Source: Mycobacteriaceae bacterium | Lineage (GTDB): Bacteria; Actinomycetota; Actinomycetes; Mycobacteriales; Mycobacteriaceae | NCBI GenBank assembly: GCA_029977845.1 | Contig: JAPOKC010000002.1 | Coordinates: 996 to 64,995, forward strand | Direction of reading: 5' to 3' | Length of the DNA stretch: 64,000 bases | In this document: piece after piece, positions 38,770 to 48,601 of the stretch | How the letters are laid out: every line of letters begins with the position of its first letter | Numbering within the stretch: position 1 is the stretch's first letter | Notes under the pieces: generated by a model | The model's input: only the letters and a program-made list of their open reading frames with translations | Databases searched by the model: none | Told to the model about the DNA's origin: nothing | Made by a program: the position numbers and the translations under genes

Positions 38770-39438
38770 GTGACCGAAACAGGTGATTCCCCGAGTCACG
38801 GCTCCGACGAGATCGCGGCCGCCGACGCCGCCGCAGAAGCCGCCGAGGCCCGCGCCGAGGCGGCCCGCGCCAAGGCTGACGAGCTGCGTCGCCGGCTGGC
38901 TTCAGACGAAGCCGAAACGGTTCCCGCCGAATCACCCGGGAAACCGGCCGGCCGGACCTTTCGGCGGCTGGCCGTGGCGGGGGCCGTCGCGGCGATCCTG
39001 GCCCTGCTGTCCGGCACCGGGTACATGCTGCTGCTGCACCGCAAGGCCGAAGCCGAACGTCACCGCACGGCGGAGTTCGCCGCCGCGGGTCGCCAGGCCG
39101 CGGTGAACCTCATGTCGATGGACTTCAACTCCGCCAATGACATCGTGCAGCGCCTGGTCGACGACTCCACGGGCAAGTTCAAGGTCAACCTTCAGGACAC
39201 CTCCAAGGATCTGATAAAGGCGATGCAGGACTCGAAGGCCATCACCAAGGTGACCGTCAACGATGTGGCGGTGGAGTCACACACCGACGATTCCGGCGTG
39301 GTCCTGGTGGCCGCCTCCTCTAACCGGGAGGGGCCCAATGCGACAAAGGCGGATCAGCAGCCCCGGGTGTGGCGGGTGGTGCTCACCCTGGATCGCGATG
39401 ACGGGCGACTGAAGCTTTCCGACGTCGAATTCCAGTGA
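38770..39438 (+). CDS. Mce-associated membrane protein (Mam family)
   Basis: Ala-rich coiled coil, one TM, AVNLMSMDF...DDSTGKF, LKLSDVEF. Confidence 0.85.
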   Translation: MTETGDSPSHGSDEIAAADAAAEAAEARAEAARAKADELRRRLASDEAETVPAESPGKPAGRTFRRLAVAGAVAAILALLSGTGYMLLLHRKAEAERHRTAEFAAAGRQAAVNLMSMDFNSANDIVQRLVDDSTGKFKVNLQDTSKDLIKAMQDSKAITKVTVNDVAVESHTDDSGVVLVAASSNREGPNATKADQQPRVWRVVLTLDRDDGRLKLSDVEFQ

Positions 39439-39450
39439 TCCCGCGTGGCC

Positions 39451-39498
39451 CGGAATGTTATTCTCGGCAGAGAGAACGGTCCGCCGGCAGGGGAGAAA
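39451..39498. promoter_or_regulatory. Operator copy plus two half-sites at 21 bp pitch
   Basis: CGGAATGTTATTCTC (39451), GAGAAC (39472), GAGAAA (39493). Confidence 0.65.
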
Positions 39499-39502
39499 AC
39501 TG

Positions 39503-40018
39503 ATGCGACTGATCAGTGTGCTCGTCTGCGCAGGCGCCTCCGTGCTCGTCGCGAGCACCGGAATGGCCTCCCCCGCAACGGCTACCGCATGGGGTATCGA
39601 ACTCAACGGTCGCTACCTGTTCACCTCGAACGGTGAGTGGGCGAAGACCAACGATTACTTCCATGACGAGAAGGTGGTCCGCGCGGTCTGGACCGTCACC
39701 TCGGTGTGCCCGAGCCCGACGAAATGCACCGGGCACGTCGTCAGCAGCGAGGGCTGGGAGGCCGACGGCTTCTACTCCGAGGACCGGTGGGTGGTCCGCC
39801 GCACCGTCCCCAACTGGATGCCGTGCTTCGACGGCACCGTCGCCGACGGGCACCAGGAGTACCGGTTCTGGCCGGTGGACGCCAACGGTCAGCGCTACAC
39901 CACCGACGCCTCGACGTTCGGCGGCATCGACGAGACCAAGGGCACCAGCGGTTCGTGCGGACGTAACCTTCCGCTGACCATCACCATCCCGATGCGGTTG
40001 CAACGGATCATCGAATAA
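39503..40018 (+). CDS. Secreted protein, Rv2253-like
   Basis: Signal peptide ending ATA-WG; LNGRYLFTSNGEWAKTND...WTVTSVC..C pattern with 4 Cys; family call from memory. Confidence 0.65.
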   Translation: MRLISVLVCAGASVLVASTGMASPATATAWGIELNGRYLFTSNGEWAKTNDYFHDEKVVRAVWTVTSVCPSPTKCTGHVVSSEGWEADGFYSEDRWVVRRTVPNWMPCFDGTVADGHQEYRFWPVDANGQRYTTDASTFGGIDETKGTSGSCGRNLPLTITIPMRLQRIIE

Positions 40019-40043
40019 TCCGCATTCGCCACCGCTTGATCGT

Positions 40044-41642
40044 TCAGGCCGGCAGTAGGTCCTTCCACGACTTCGGAACGCCACCGGAGATCACGCTGGT
40101 CTGCTGCTGCAGCTGTCCGTCCGGAGTGAGGTAGCGCCCGTTCTTCGGGTCGTAGTAGGCGAATCCCACCGGCGGAGAAGAGGACTGGGTACCGCCGAAC
40201 GAACTCGGCGCCACCGACAGCAGTGGACTCTCGGGCGGCGCCGCAGGCGGCCCGGTGACCGGAGCAGGTGCGGGCACAGACGCCGCAGCCGGCGCGGGTG
40301 CGGCAGGCGCTGCCGGTGCGGGTGCCGGACCGGGCGGCATCGGCGTACCTTCCAACGGACCGTAGATGTGGTCGTTGAAGGTCGTCCGGTCGTCAGGCGG
40401 AATACCCTGCGAGATGATGTTGGGGTCGAACGGGTACGGACCGGTGGCGTGCGGGCGCATGGCCAGGGGCTCGTACGGCAGGTCGCTCTGGCAGATCTCG
40501 ACCGTCGGAGCGCGCTTGCCCGGCTTGTCCATGCAGGGGAAGTTGCGCGCGCCGCGCACGTTGAGCGCCGAGTCCTGCGGCAGCTTGCAGTACAACCCGT
40601 CCGGGGTGTCGATGTCGGTGGTGTCGCTCGGACTGCGCCAAGAGGACGGCGGGAGGAATCCGACCGTGCACGGCGGCGGGTCGCCCATCATCGCCGCGAA
40701 CTCACCGAGCGGAAGCCCGGTCGGATTGTTCTTCGGCAGGCCGAAGGACTGCTGAGCGGCGATGTAGGCGGGCAGGATCACCAGCAGCTGTTCGACGCTC
40801 GGGTTGTAGGTGACCAGGATCTGTCCCACCGTGGTCATGTTGGCCAGCAGCACCGGCAACGTGGGCTTGACCTGATTGAGCAGATTCGAGACCTCGTCGA
40901 TCGCACCGGGTGCGGTCTGCAGGACAGTGCGGAGCTGCGGGTCGCGGCGGTCCAGCGTCCCGGTGATGCCGGCCAGGCTGCGCGCCCAGGTCCGGACCGA
41001 GTCGGCCGTCTGCGCCTGACCTTCCAGCAGTGGGCCGGCGTCGTCGATGAGCGCCCGGGTCTGCTCGGAGACCCCGTTGACATCGGTGGCCAGTTTCGAC
41101 GACGAATCCAGGAACGACTGCAGGTCGAACCCGGCGCCGTTGAAGGCCTTGAACGACTCGTCGAGCAACTTGCTCAGCCTGTCGCCGGGAATGCTGTTGA
41201 CCAGCTTGCTGGCCTGGTCGAGCATCGGCCCGACCTCCTGGGGCATCGAGGCATCCTTGATCGGGATGACCGAACCGTTGCGCAGATACGGCTCGGAGTT
41301 CGTCCGCGGCACCAGGTCGACGTACTGCTCACCCACCGCGGAGATGCTGCGAACATTGGCCTGCAGGTCCGCCGGGATCTTCGGTGAGGTGTTCAACGCC
41401 ATGGTCGCCACCGCCCCGTCATCGGTCAGATCGACCGAAGTGACCTTGCCGATCTCGACACCGCGATAGGTGACGTTGGCGAACCGGTACAGCCCGCCAC
41501 TGGCCGGCAGTTCCAGCTTGACGTTGTACTTGCCGATACCCAGCAGTGTCGGCACCTGCATGTAGGTGAAGAGCATCACCGCGACACCGACGATCGAGGC
41601 GATGGTGAAGATGATCAGCTGATTGCGGACGAATCGCGTCAT
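40044..41642 (-). CDS. mceF: Mce family protein MceF
   Basis: SGGLYRFANVTYRGV, SAVGEQYVDL, YCKLPQD, RGARNFPC, Pro/Ala-rich tail; sixth mce gene. Confidence 0.92.
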   Translation of the reverse strand: MTRFVRNQLIIFTIASIVGVAVMLFTYMQVPTLLGIGKYNVKLELPASGGLYRFANVTYRGVEIGKVTSVDLTDDGAVATMALNTSPKIPADLQANVRSISAVGEQYVDLVPRTNSEPYLRNGSVIPIKDASMPQEVGPMLDQASKLVNSIPGDRLSKLLDESFKAFNGAGFDLQSFLDSSSKLATDVNGVSEQTRALIDDAGPLLEGQAQTADSVRTWARSLAGITGTLDRRDPQLRTVLQTAPGAIDEVSNLLNQVKPTLPVLLANMTTVGQILVTYNPSVEQLLVILPAYIAAQQSFGLPKNNPTGLPLGEFAAMMGDPPPCTVGFLPPSSWRSPSDTTDIDTPDGLYCKLPQDSALNVRGARNFPCMDKPGKRAPTVEICQSDLPYEPLAMRPHATGPYPFDPNIISQGIPPDDRTTFNDHIYGPLEGTPMPPGPAPAPAAPAAPAPAAASVPAPAPVTGPPAAPPESPLLSVAPSSFGGTQSSSPPVGFAYYDPKNGRYLTPDGQLQQQTSVISGGVPKSWKDLLPA

Positions 41643-41645
41643 GAC

Positions 41646-42863
41646 CTAGCGCCCTCCGGTCGGGGCCGGAGGCGCCGCTACTGCGGGCCCGGAATCTGGT
41701 CCAGGAACTAGGGGGCCGGGGACCACGGGTGCGTCGGGCAACGGTCCGGGTGCCGGCGTCACCGGAGCGCTCAGCGGATCGTAGGTGTAGCCCAGGTACC
41801 ACGGATCACCCGGTGCCGGAACGAGTTTCGCGTGCTCCTCACCCCAACTGGTGCCGAGGAACAAGGTCCGCTTGAGGCGCGGGATCGTGAAGTCCAGCAC
41901 GGCGTAGAGGTTGATGTAGTCACCCCGAACGGCCCGGTCGATCAGACCCTGGCTGTAGGGGAACGTCGTCGCGTAGGACAGGGCCTTACCGATATCGGGT
42001 CCGATGTCGGCGAGCGCTTTCAACGGCTGCTCCAGGTTTCGCAGGTTCGCGACCAGGTCCGCGTGGGTGTCGGTGAGCAGTCCGGTTGCGGTGTCGCTGA
42101 AACTGCCGAGCCGCTGCAGTGCTGTCGTCAGCGTGGGCCGCTCCTTGATCAGGACATCCATGGCCGGCGGGAGTTCGGTGAGTACGCGGTCGATGGCCTT
42201 GGTCTGACCGGCGAAGGTTCCGGACAGCCGGTTCAGCGCCTTGATCGAGGTGACGATGTTCTCCCGTTGGGCATCGAGAACGCCGACGAACTTGTCAAGC
42301 CTGATGAGCAGGTCGCGGACATCGCTCTCGCGTCCGGCCAGTGCCGCGCTGAAATTGTGAATGATGTCGCCGACCTGACCCAGCCCACCGCCGTTGACCA
42401 CCGCGGCGAGTGCCGACAACGTCTGCTCGGTGGACGGGTACTTGGAGGCGCGGCTCAGTGGAATCGTGGCACCGGGTTGCATTGTGCCACTGGGGTTTTC
42501 ACCCAGCGGCGGATCCAACGCGATGTGCATCGACCCCAGCAGGCTGGTCTGACCGACCGTCACCACGGCGTTGGCCGGAACGACCACATCGGGCTTCACC
42601 GAGATCTCGACGTCGGCATGCCAGCCCCGTACCCTCATCTTCCCGACGCTGCCGACGACGACATCGTCCATCAGCACCGGTGAATTGGGCTCCAGCGTTC
42701 CGATGTTCTCAACTTCGACGTGGTAGATCTTGGCGTCCGGTCCGCGACCCGACGCGCCGGGCAGCGGCAATGAGTTGAGGCCCTGGAACGCGCAGCCTGT
42801 GGCGCTCAGCATGACGCCCAAACCCAGGGCGCCCAGTCGGTTGATCACAGTTCTACCGATCAT
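41646..42863 (-). CDS. mceE: Mce family lipoprotein MceE
   Basis: Lipobox LSATGC, GLNSLPLPG, QTSLLGS, RGDYINL. Confidence 0.92.
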   Translation of the reverse strand: MIGRTVINRLGALGLGVMLSATGCAFQGLNSLPLPGASGRGPDAKIYHVEVENIGTLEPNSPVLMDDVVVGSVGKMRVRGWHADVEISVKPDVVVPANAVVTVGQTSLLGSMHIALDPPLGENPSGTMQPGATIPLSRASKYPSTEQTLSALAAVVNGGGLGQVGDIIHNFSAALAGRESDVRDLLIRLDKFVGVLDAQRENIVTSIKALNRLSGTFAGQTKAIDRVLTELPPAMDVLIKERPTLTTALQRLGSFSDTATGLLTDTHADLVANLRNLEQPLKALADIGPDIGKALSYATTFPYSQGLIDRAVRGDYINLYAVLDFTIPRLKRTLFLGTSWGEEHAKLVPAPGDPWYLGYTYDPLSAPVTPAPGPLPDAPVVPGPLVPGPDSGPAVAAPPAPTGGR

Positions 42864-44323
42864 GGCGTTCCCTCCGCGGGCAGGGGCGCCGGACCGGGGG
42901 CCGGCACCGCGGTCGGACCGTCACCCGGCATCAGCATGCCCGGCAGGTTTGACACGTTAGGCGGTATCGGCGGTGCCCCGATATGCCAGGCCGGCAGCGG
43001 TTGGACCGCACCGTGCGGCGTATCCGGCGCACTGGGCCCGGGCGCGATCGCGGGCGGCTGGCCGTAGTTCTCCGGCGCACCGGCGTCGTTGCCCAGTCCG
43101 GTCCAGGCCGAGACCGCCGGCGAATCCTCGGGGCCACGGATCGGCCCGGTCCCACCCGGCGCCAGCGACGGATCGGCGTACACGATATTGCTCGGGTTGG
43201 CGCCCTTCATGAGATACGGATTCACCGGCAGCGGAATGAGGTTGAAGTTGATCAGCCGCATCGCCGGACCCAGATACTGCGCGCACAGTTTGGCCGACTC
43301 GTTGGAGGTGACGTTCTCCAACGCGGCGATCGAACCGCAGATGAACTGGACCGGGCTGGACATGTTCGGCAAGGTGAAGCCGCCGCCGAAGTCTCCGGTG
43401 TCGGGGTTGTAGATGTTGTAGCCGTTGGCGAAGGCATTGGCGGAGATGTGCAGGAAGTTCTGGAACGCCATCTTCTCGTCGACGATCACCTGGGTGACCG
43501 AGGCGAGTTTCTGAATCTGATCCGAGGTCGGGTTGCGGGTCTGCGCGATGAACCGCTGCACGTCCCCGATCGCCACCGACAGATTGGCGACCGCGCCGTC
43601 GAGATCGGAGTTGCTGTCGTTGACGACGCTGGTGAGGGTGGCCAGCCTGTCCTGGAACTGCACGATCTGGGTGTTGCTGCTCTTGAGTACCGTCACCACC
43701 GTCTGCAGGTTCTTGATGATGTCGGTGATGTTGCCGCTGCCCTCGCCCAGGACTCGGGTGACACCGGACAGTTCGGCCAGCGTCCGGCGAAGTTTTTCAC
43801 CGTTGCCGTCCATCGCACTGGCCGCGCTGTCGATGAACCGCCCCAGCGAGGTGGTCGAGAGCTTGCCGTTGGGGCCCAGATCAGTGGACAGGCGCATGAT
43901 CTGGTTCTTGACCTCGTCCCATTCCACCGGAACCGCGGTCCGCTCCTCCGGGATGACCGCACCGCTGGCCATCCTCGGACCACCGGTGGCCTTCCGGTAG
44001 GCAGGGGTGAGTTGCACATATCGCGCGGCAATGAGGTTCTGCGCCACGATCACGGCTTTGGCGTCCGCCGGGACCGGCACACCGCGGTCCACCCGCATGC
44101 TGATCTTCGTCCGGGTGCCCTGTGGCTGGATCGAGTCGATGGTGCCCACCTTGATACCCGATACCCGTACCTCGTCACCGGGGTAGATGGCGGTGGCACT
44201 GCTGAAGTACGCGGTGATCTTGGTCGGTCCGAAGAACACCTGCCGGACCACCAGGACCGCGCCGCTGAGCGCGAGCACCGCGAACAGTGCGATGGCGGCC
44301 TTCATAAGGCGATGACGTGTCAC
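42860..44323 (-). CDS. mceD: Mce family protein MceD
   Basis: IYPGDEVRVSGIKVG, ARYVQLTPAY, RTAVPVEWD. Confidence 0.92.
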   Translation of the reverse strand: MTRHRLMKAAIALFAVLALSGAVLVVRQVFFGPTKITAYFSSATAIYPGDEVRVSGIKVGTIDSIQPQGTRTKISMRVDRGVPVPADAKAVIVAQNLIAARYVQLTPAYRKATGGPRMASGAVIPEERTAVPVEWDEVKNQIMRLSTDLGPNGKLSTTSLGRFIDSAASAMDGNGEKLRRTLAELSGVTRVLGEGSGNITDIIKNLQTVVTVLKSSNTQIVQFQDRLATLTSVVNDSNSDLDGAVANLSVAIGDVQRFIAQTRNPTSDQIQKLASVTQVIVDEKMAFQNFLHISANAFANGYNIYNPDTGDFGGGFTLPNMSSPVQFICGSIAALENVTSNESAKLCAQYLGPAMRLINFNLIPLPVNPYLMKGANPSNIVYADPSLAPGGTGPIRGPEDSPAVSAWTGLGNDAGAPENYGQPPAIAPGPSAPDTPHGAVQPLPAWHIGAPPIPPNVSNLPGMLMPGDGPTAVPAPGPAPLPAEGTP

Positions 44324-45420
44324 GGCGGGTACCCCCAACGCTGGTTGGGCTGGGGAATCCCGTTGTACGGGAACGGGAATTCAGCGCGCGGCCCGGCATT
44401 GTCCGGCGGTGCGCCGGCGTCGACCCCGCGGCGGAATCCGAATGCGTAATCGAAGAACGGCTGCAGCAGCATGCCCTGCTGGAGGTCGGGGACATAGGCG
44501 TTGTAGTAGAAGCCCGACGACACCGTCTCGCCCTGGGTGAGCTGGAACTTCACGAACCCGGGCAGGGCCTTGCCGAGGTTCTCCTTCTGCCGTTCCAGCA
44601 TCGTCAGAACGTTGTTCACCCGCTCCAGGGTCGGCGCCAGCACCGCTTCGTTCTCGTGCACCAGCCCGCTCAACTGCTGGGCCAGTGACGAGGTGCTGGA
44701 CAGCAGCGTCGCGATGGCCAGCCGGCGGTCGTTGAGCACGCCGAGCAGATCGTTGCCGTTGAGGATCAGTGAGTTGAGCTTGTCGCTGCGCTTACCCAGG
44801 ACTGCGCTGACCTCAGCCGCGTTCTTGAGCAGCGAGCCCAGCGATTCGTTACGGGAGTTCAGCGACTTCGACAGCCTCGCGACTCCGTCGAAGGTCGGAC
44901 CGAGTTGCGGCGCGATCTGATCCAGCGTGGTCGACAGGGTGTCCAGCGACTGGTTCAGCGCTGCGGTGTCGGTGCCGGCGGTGTTCGCGGTCAGTTCGCT
45001 GACGGCATCGGTCAGCGAGTACGGCGAGGAGGTGCGCGACGTCGGGATGACCGACAGCGGTCGCAAGGTGCCGCTACCGGAGGACTCGAGGGTGAGCACC
45101 CGTTCGCCCAGCAGGGTTCCGGTGCGGATGTGTGCGGTGGTCGTGCTGCCCAGCGGCACCGCACCCTTGACGGTGAAGGTGACCAGTGCATCGCCGTCCT
45201 GCAGCGCGACACCGCTGACCGTTCCCACCTTCGTGCCCGACACGGTCACGTCGTTGCCCAGCGTCACGCCGCCGCCCTCGGAGAACAGCGCCTGGTACTT
45301 CACAGTGGTGACCCAGTTGACCAGTCTCTCGGGCTGCAACCCGATCAGGATCACCAAAATGATCAGAGTGGCTCCGATGAAGCCGGCTCTGATGAGATTG
45401 GAACCGCGGTATTTCAGCAT
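44320..45420 (-). CDS. mceC: Mce family protein MceC
   Basis: GNDVTVSGTKVG, IRTGTLLGERVL, RTSSPYSL. Confidence 0.92.
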   Translation of the reverse strand: MLKYRGSNLIRAGFIGATLIILVILIGLQPERLVNWVTTVKYQALFSEGGGVTLGNDVTVSGTKVGTVSGVALQDGDALVTFTVKGAVPLGSTTTAHIRTGTLLGERVLTLESSGSGTLRPLSVIPTSRTSSPYSLTDAVSELTANTAGTDTAALNQSLDTLSTTLDQIAPQLGPTFDGVARLSKSLNSRNESLGSLLKNAAEVSAVLGKRSDKLNSLILNGNDLLGVLNDRRLAIATLLSSTSSLAQQLSGLVHENEAVLAPTLERVNNVLTMLERQKENLGKALPGFVKFQLTQGETVSSGFYYNAYVPDLQQGMLLQPFFDYAFGFRRGVDAGAPPDNAGPRAEFPFPYNGIPQPNQRWGYPP

Positions 45421-46451
45421 CAGGGCTCAGCGCACCTTCCGGTGTCCTGCTTGATCCACGGGAAGACCGCGGTGCGGCCCTGCAGGTCGGTCACCCGAAG
45501 CGACAGACCGCAGATGTAGTACTGGATGAAGCTGCCGTAAGCACCCAGACGCACGAGCTTGCGGTAGTTACCCGGCATCCGCTCGATACCGGCCTCAAGA
45601 CCCGGCGCGCTGGATTCGAGCAGGGGCGCAAGCTTGTTGAGCTGGGCCACCGCGGCGGTCAGTGGCGGCCGGGCGTCGACGAGCAGACTGCTCAGTTCGC
45701 CGGCGCCATTGCCCAGCGAGGTGACTGCATTGCCGATCGGATCACGGTCCCCGGACAGTCCTGTGACGAGCTTCTCCAAGCCGTCGATCGACGAGGAGAA
45801 CTTGTCGCCGTCCTTGGCGAGCACATCCACCACGGTGTTGAGATTGTCGATCAGCTCCTGCACGACCTGGTTGTTGTCGGCCAGGTTGTTGGAGAACGAT
45901 GTCGCCTTGGAGAACAGCGACTGCAACGTGGCGCCCTGGCCCTGAAAGGCCTGGACGAGCGCGCCGGTCAGGGCGTTGACGTCCTGCGGATTAAGGCCGT
46001 GCAGAACGGGTTTCAGCCCGCCCAGCAGCAGATCGAGATCCAGCGCCGGTGCCGTGCGATCCGCAGGGATCTGCGATCCGGCAGGCACGGTCTTGGTGGA
46101 ACCCGGGCCGTCTACGAGTTCGAGATAGCGATCACCGACGAGGTTGAGGTAACGCACGGCGGCCTTGGTGCCACTCGTCAGCACGATGTCGCGGTCCGCG
46201 TCGAATTTGACGAGGACCTTCTTGTCCGGCTGCAGCAGCACGTCGTTGACCGAACCGACCCGGATCCCGGCCACCCGCACGGTGTCCCCGGCCTTCAGTC
46301 TCGACGCATCGGTGAAAACCGCCGAGTACCCGTTGGTGGAACCGGTCCGGTACTCGCCGAAGATGTAGAACAACGACACGGTCAGGATCGCCATGATCGT
46401 CGTGAAGACGCCGAACTTGATCAGCGTCTGGTTCTGCTTTCTGCGGATCAT
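45420..46451 (-). CDS. mceB: Mce family protein MceB
   Basis: GDTVRVAGIRVG, RYLNLVGDRYLEL, PALDLDLLLGG; start re-chosen at ATG 46451. Confidence 0.92.
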   Translation of the reverse strand: MIRRKQNQTLIKFGVFTTIMAILTVSLFYIFGEYRTGSTNGYSAVFTDASRLKAGDTVRVAGIRVGSVNDVLLQPDKKVLVKFDADRDIVLTSGTKAAVRYLNLVGDRYLELVDGPGSTKTVPAGSQIPADRTAPALDLDLLLGGLKPVLHGLNPQDVNALTGALVQAFQGQGATLQSLFSKATSFSNNLADNNQVVQELIDNLNTVVDVLAKDGDKFSSSIDGLEKLVTGLSGDRDPIGNAVTSLGNGAGELSSLLVDARPPLTAAVAQLNKLAPLLESSAPGLEAGIERMPGNYRKLVRLGAYGSFIQYYICGLSLRVTDLQGRTAVFPWIKQDTGRCAEP

Positions 46452-47734
46452 CCGGGCATTCCCGACTGTGCGGTGTTGCGCGGCGGACCGTCGATGGGTC
46501 CGAACAGGAACTGCTTGAGCCCGTCGGAGTTCAGCAGCAGACCCTGGTTGCCGTACCTCCACGGATTGGCACCCACGTCGGCGACCAGCATCGGCGGCAC
46601 ATACTCGTAGGGCACGTTGGGCAGACCCATCTCCTTGCAGATCGGGCGGTCAAGTTTCGCGTTCACCCGGGGAAGATCCTGCGGGAACCGGTAGCGCTCG
46701 ATACCGAGCAGGAACGAGACCGACACCAGCACGCCCGGCACCGGCAGCGGCGGCGAGGTCGCGAACGGGATGATGCCGGCGATACCGCAGCCGAGATTCT
46801 CGTGGTACTTGTTCAGCACGTTGGTGGTCGGCAGGAGCAGATGGATGGTGTCGGACAAACCCTTGCGGTTGTCGCCGATCACCTCATTACCCAGATCGGA
46901 CAATCCGATCGCACTCATCAGCACGGTGTCGAGATCGTTCCGGTTGTCGACGATGGACGCGCTGACCCGGCTGCCGCTGTCAGCGGTGGTGACCAGATCG
47001 GGGGCCGCATCGCCGTACGCGCCGAACACCGGCGCCGAGAGTTCGATGTCGCGGGTGAGGTTCGGCAGGCCCGGGTCGAGCTTGGCGAGCAACCGGTCGA
47101 GATCGGTGATCGACTGACCGATCTTGTCCCCGCGCCCGGCAACGGCGGTGGAGATCGCGCCGAGCGTCTGGTTCAGCTTGGCGGGATCGATCTTGTTGAG
47201 CACTGTGACCAGTTGCTGAAAGACGGTGTTGGCTTCGACGGTGACATGCCCGACGTTGAGCACCTGCCCGGCCTGCATGGTCTTGCCGGAGGGTTGCGGC
47301 GGTGGCATGAACTGCACGAACTTGGCCCCGAACACCGTGGAGTTGGCGATGTCGACGGTGACGTTCGCCGGAATGTGGGACAGCTGTTTGGGATCGATCG
47401 CCAGATGCAGCGCAGCCGTTCCGTCGGCCCGGTCCTCGATCGAGTCGACCTTGCCGACCTGCACGCCGCGCATCTTGACCTTGGCGTTGGGATTCATCAC
47501 CAGGCCGGCACGGTCGGAGATGACCGTCACCGGCACGGTCTTGGTGAAGCTGCCACGGAAGAGCCCGACAGCAAGTGCGACGACGGCGAGGATCACCGCG
47601 ACGGTCAGCAAGCCGGCCAGCGGTCGGGCGAAGCTGCGCGACCCGAAACTCTGACCCGGCCGGGCGTCGACCGGCGCGGCCGAGCTCTCCGTCTCAGAGT
47701 GGTCCGCGGGCCCCGGGCCCCATTGCTGTGTCAC
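46448..47734 (-). CDS. mceA: Mce family protein MceA
   Basis: RAGLVMNPNAKVKMRGVQVG, TVFGAKFV, IDPAKLN. Confidence 0.92.
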   Translation of the reverse strand: MTQQWGPGPADHSETESSAAPVDARPGQSFGSRSFARPLAGLLTVAVILAVVALAVGLFRGSFTKTVPVTVISDRAGLVMNPNAKVKMRGVQVGKVDSIEDRADGTAALHLAIDPKQLSHIPANVTVDIANSTVFGAKFVQFMPPPQPSGKTMQAGQVLNVGHVTVEANTVFQQLVTVLNKIDPAKLNQTLGAISTAVAGRGDKIGQSITDLDRLLAKLDPGLPNLTRDIELSAPVFGAYGDAAPDLVTTADSGSRVSASIVDNRNDLDTVLMSAIGLSDLGNEVIGDNRKGLSDTIHLLLPTTNVLNKYHENLGCGIAGIIPFATSPPLPVPGVLVSVSFLLGIERYRFPQDLPRVNAKLDRPICKEMGLPNVPYEYVPPMLVADVGANPWRYGNQGLLLNSDGLKQFLFGPIDGPPRNTAQSGMPG

Positions 47735-47743
47735 CCGGTGGCC

Positions 47744-48601
47744 CTATCCCGACAGGTTGAAGTTGCCGTTGGAGCCGTAGATGGCCAGGGACACCAGCAG
47801 TGTCACCGAGACCACCACGATCAGGGACGTGCGGACCGCGTTGCCCACCGCGACGCCGACGCCGGCCGGTCCACCGGTGGCGAAGTAACCGAAGTAGGTG
47901 TGGATCAGCAGGATCGTGATCGCCATCAAGACCGCCTGCAGGAATGACCACAGCAGGTCGATCGGATTGAGGAAGGTGTTGAAGTAGTGGTTGTACAGGC
48001 CACCGGACTGACCGAAGAGCACCACCGTGGTGAACTGGGATGCCAGGAAGCTCAGGATCACCGCGATGGAGTAGAGCGGGGTGATGGCGATCATTCCGGC
48101 CAGGATGCGGGTGGAGACCAGGTACTCCACCGGTCGGATACCCATCGACTCCAGTGCGTCGATCTCCTCGTTGATGCGCATCGCGCCCAACTGCGCGGTG
48201 ACACCGGCGCCGAAGGTGGCGGCCAGTCCGATGCCGGCGACCACCGGCGCACTGATGCGCACGTTGATGAATGCGGCCAGGAACCCGGTCAGGGCTTCGA
48301 TGCCGATGTTGCCGAGGCTCGAGTAGCCCTGCACCGCCAGTGTCCCACCTGCGGCCAGGGTCAGGAATCCGACGATGACGACGGTGCCACCGATCATCGC
48401 CAATGTGCCTGCGCCCATGGAGATCTCGGCGATGAGCCGGACGATCTCCTTGCGATAACGCTTCGCGGCGAAAGGTATTCCGGCCAGGGCGCGACCGTAG
48501 AACAGCGTGTGATCGCCGATCCGGGCGAAGAACCCGGCGGGACGGCGCAACTCACGGAAGAGGCGCGGGTAGTTGCTGCGGAGCAGTGTCATTGTGCTCA
48601 T
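47744..48601 (-). CDS. yrbEB: Mce ABC permease YrbEB (MlaE family)
   Basis: AQLGAMRINEEIDALESMG, GGPAGVGVAVG. Confidence 0.93.
   Translation of the reverse strand: MSTMTLLRSNYPRLFRELRRPAGFFARIGDHTLFYGRALAGIPFAAKRYRKEIVRLIAEISMGAGTLAMIGGTVVIVGFLTLAAGGTLAVQGYSSLGNIGIEALTGFLAAFINVRISAPVVAGIGLAATFGAGVTAQLGAMRINEEIDALESMGIRPVEYLVSTRILAGMIAITPLYSIAVILSFLASQFTTVVLFGQSGGLYNHYFNTFLNPIDLLWSFLQAVLMAITILLIHTYFGYFATGGPAGVGVAVGNAVRTSLIVVVSVTLLVSLAIYGSNGNFNLSG

Noticed and set aside
40240-40345. Repetitive GC-rich tract as a DNA repeat or array
   Set aside because: It encodes the Pro/Ala-rich linker of MceF; no regular repeat-spacer structure
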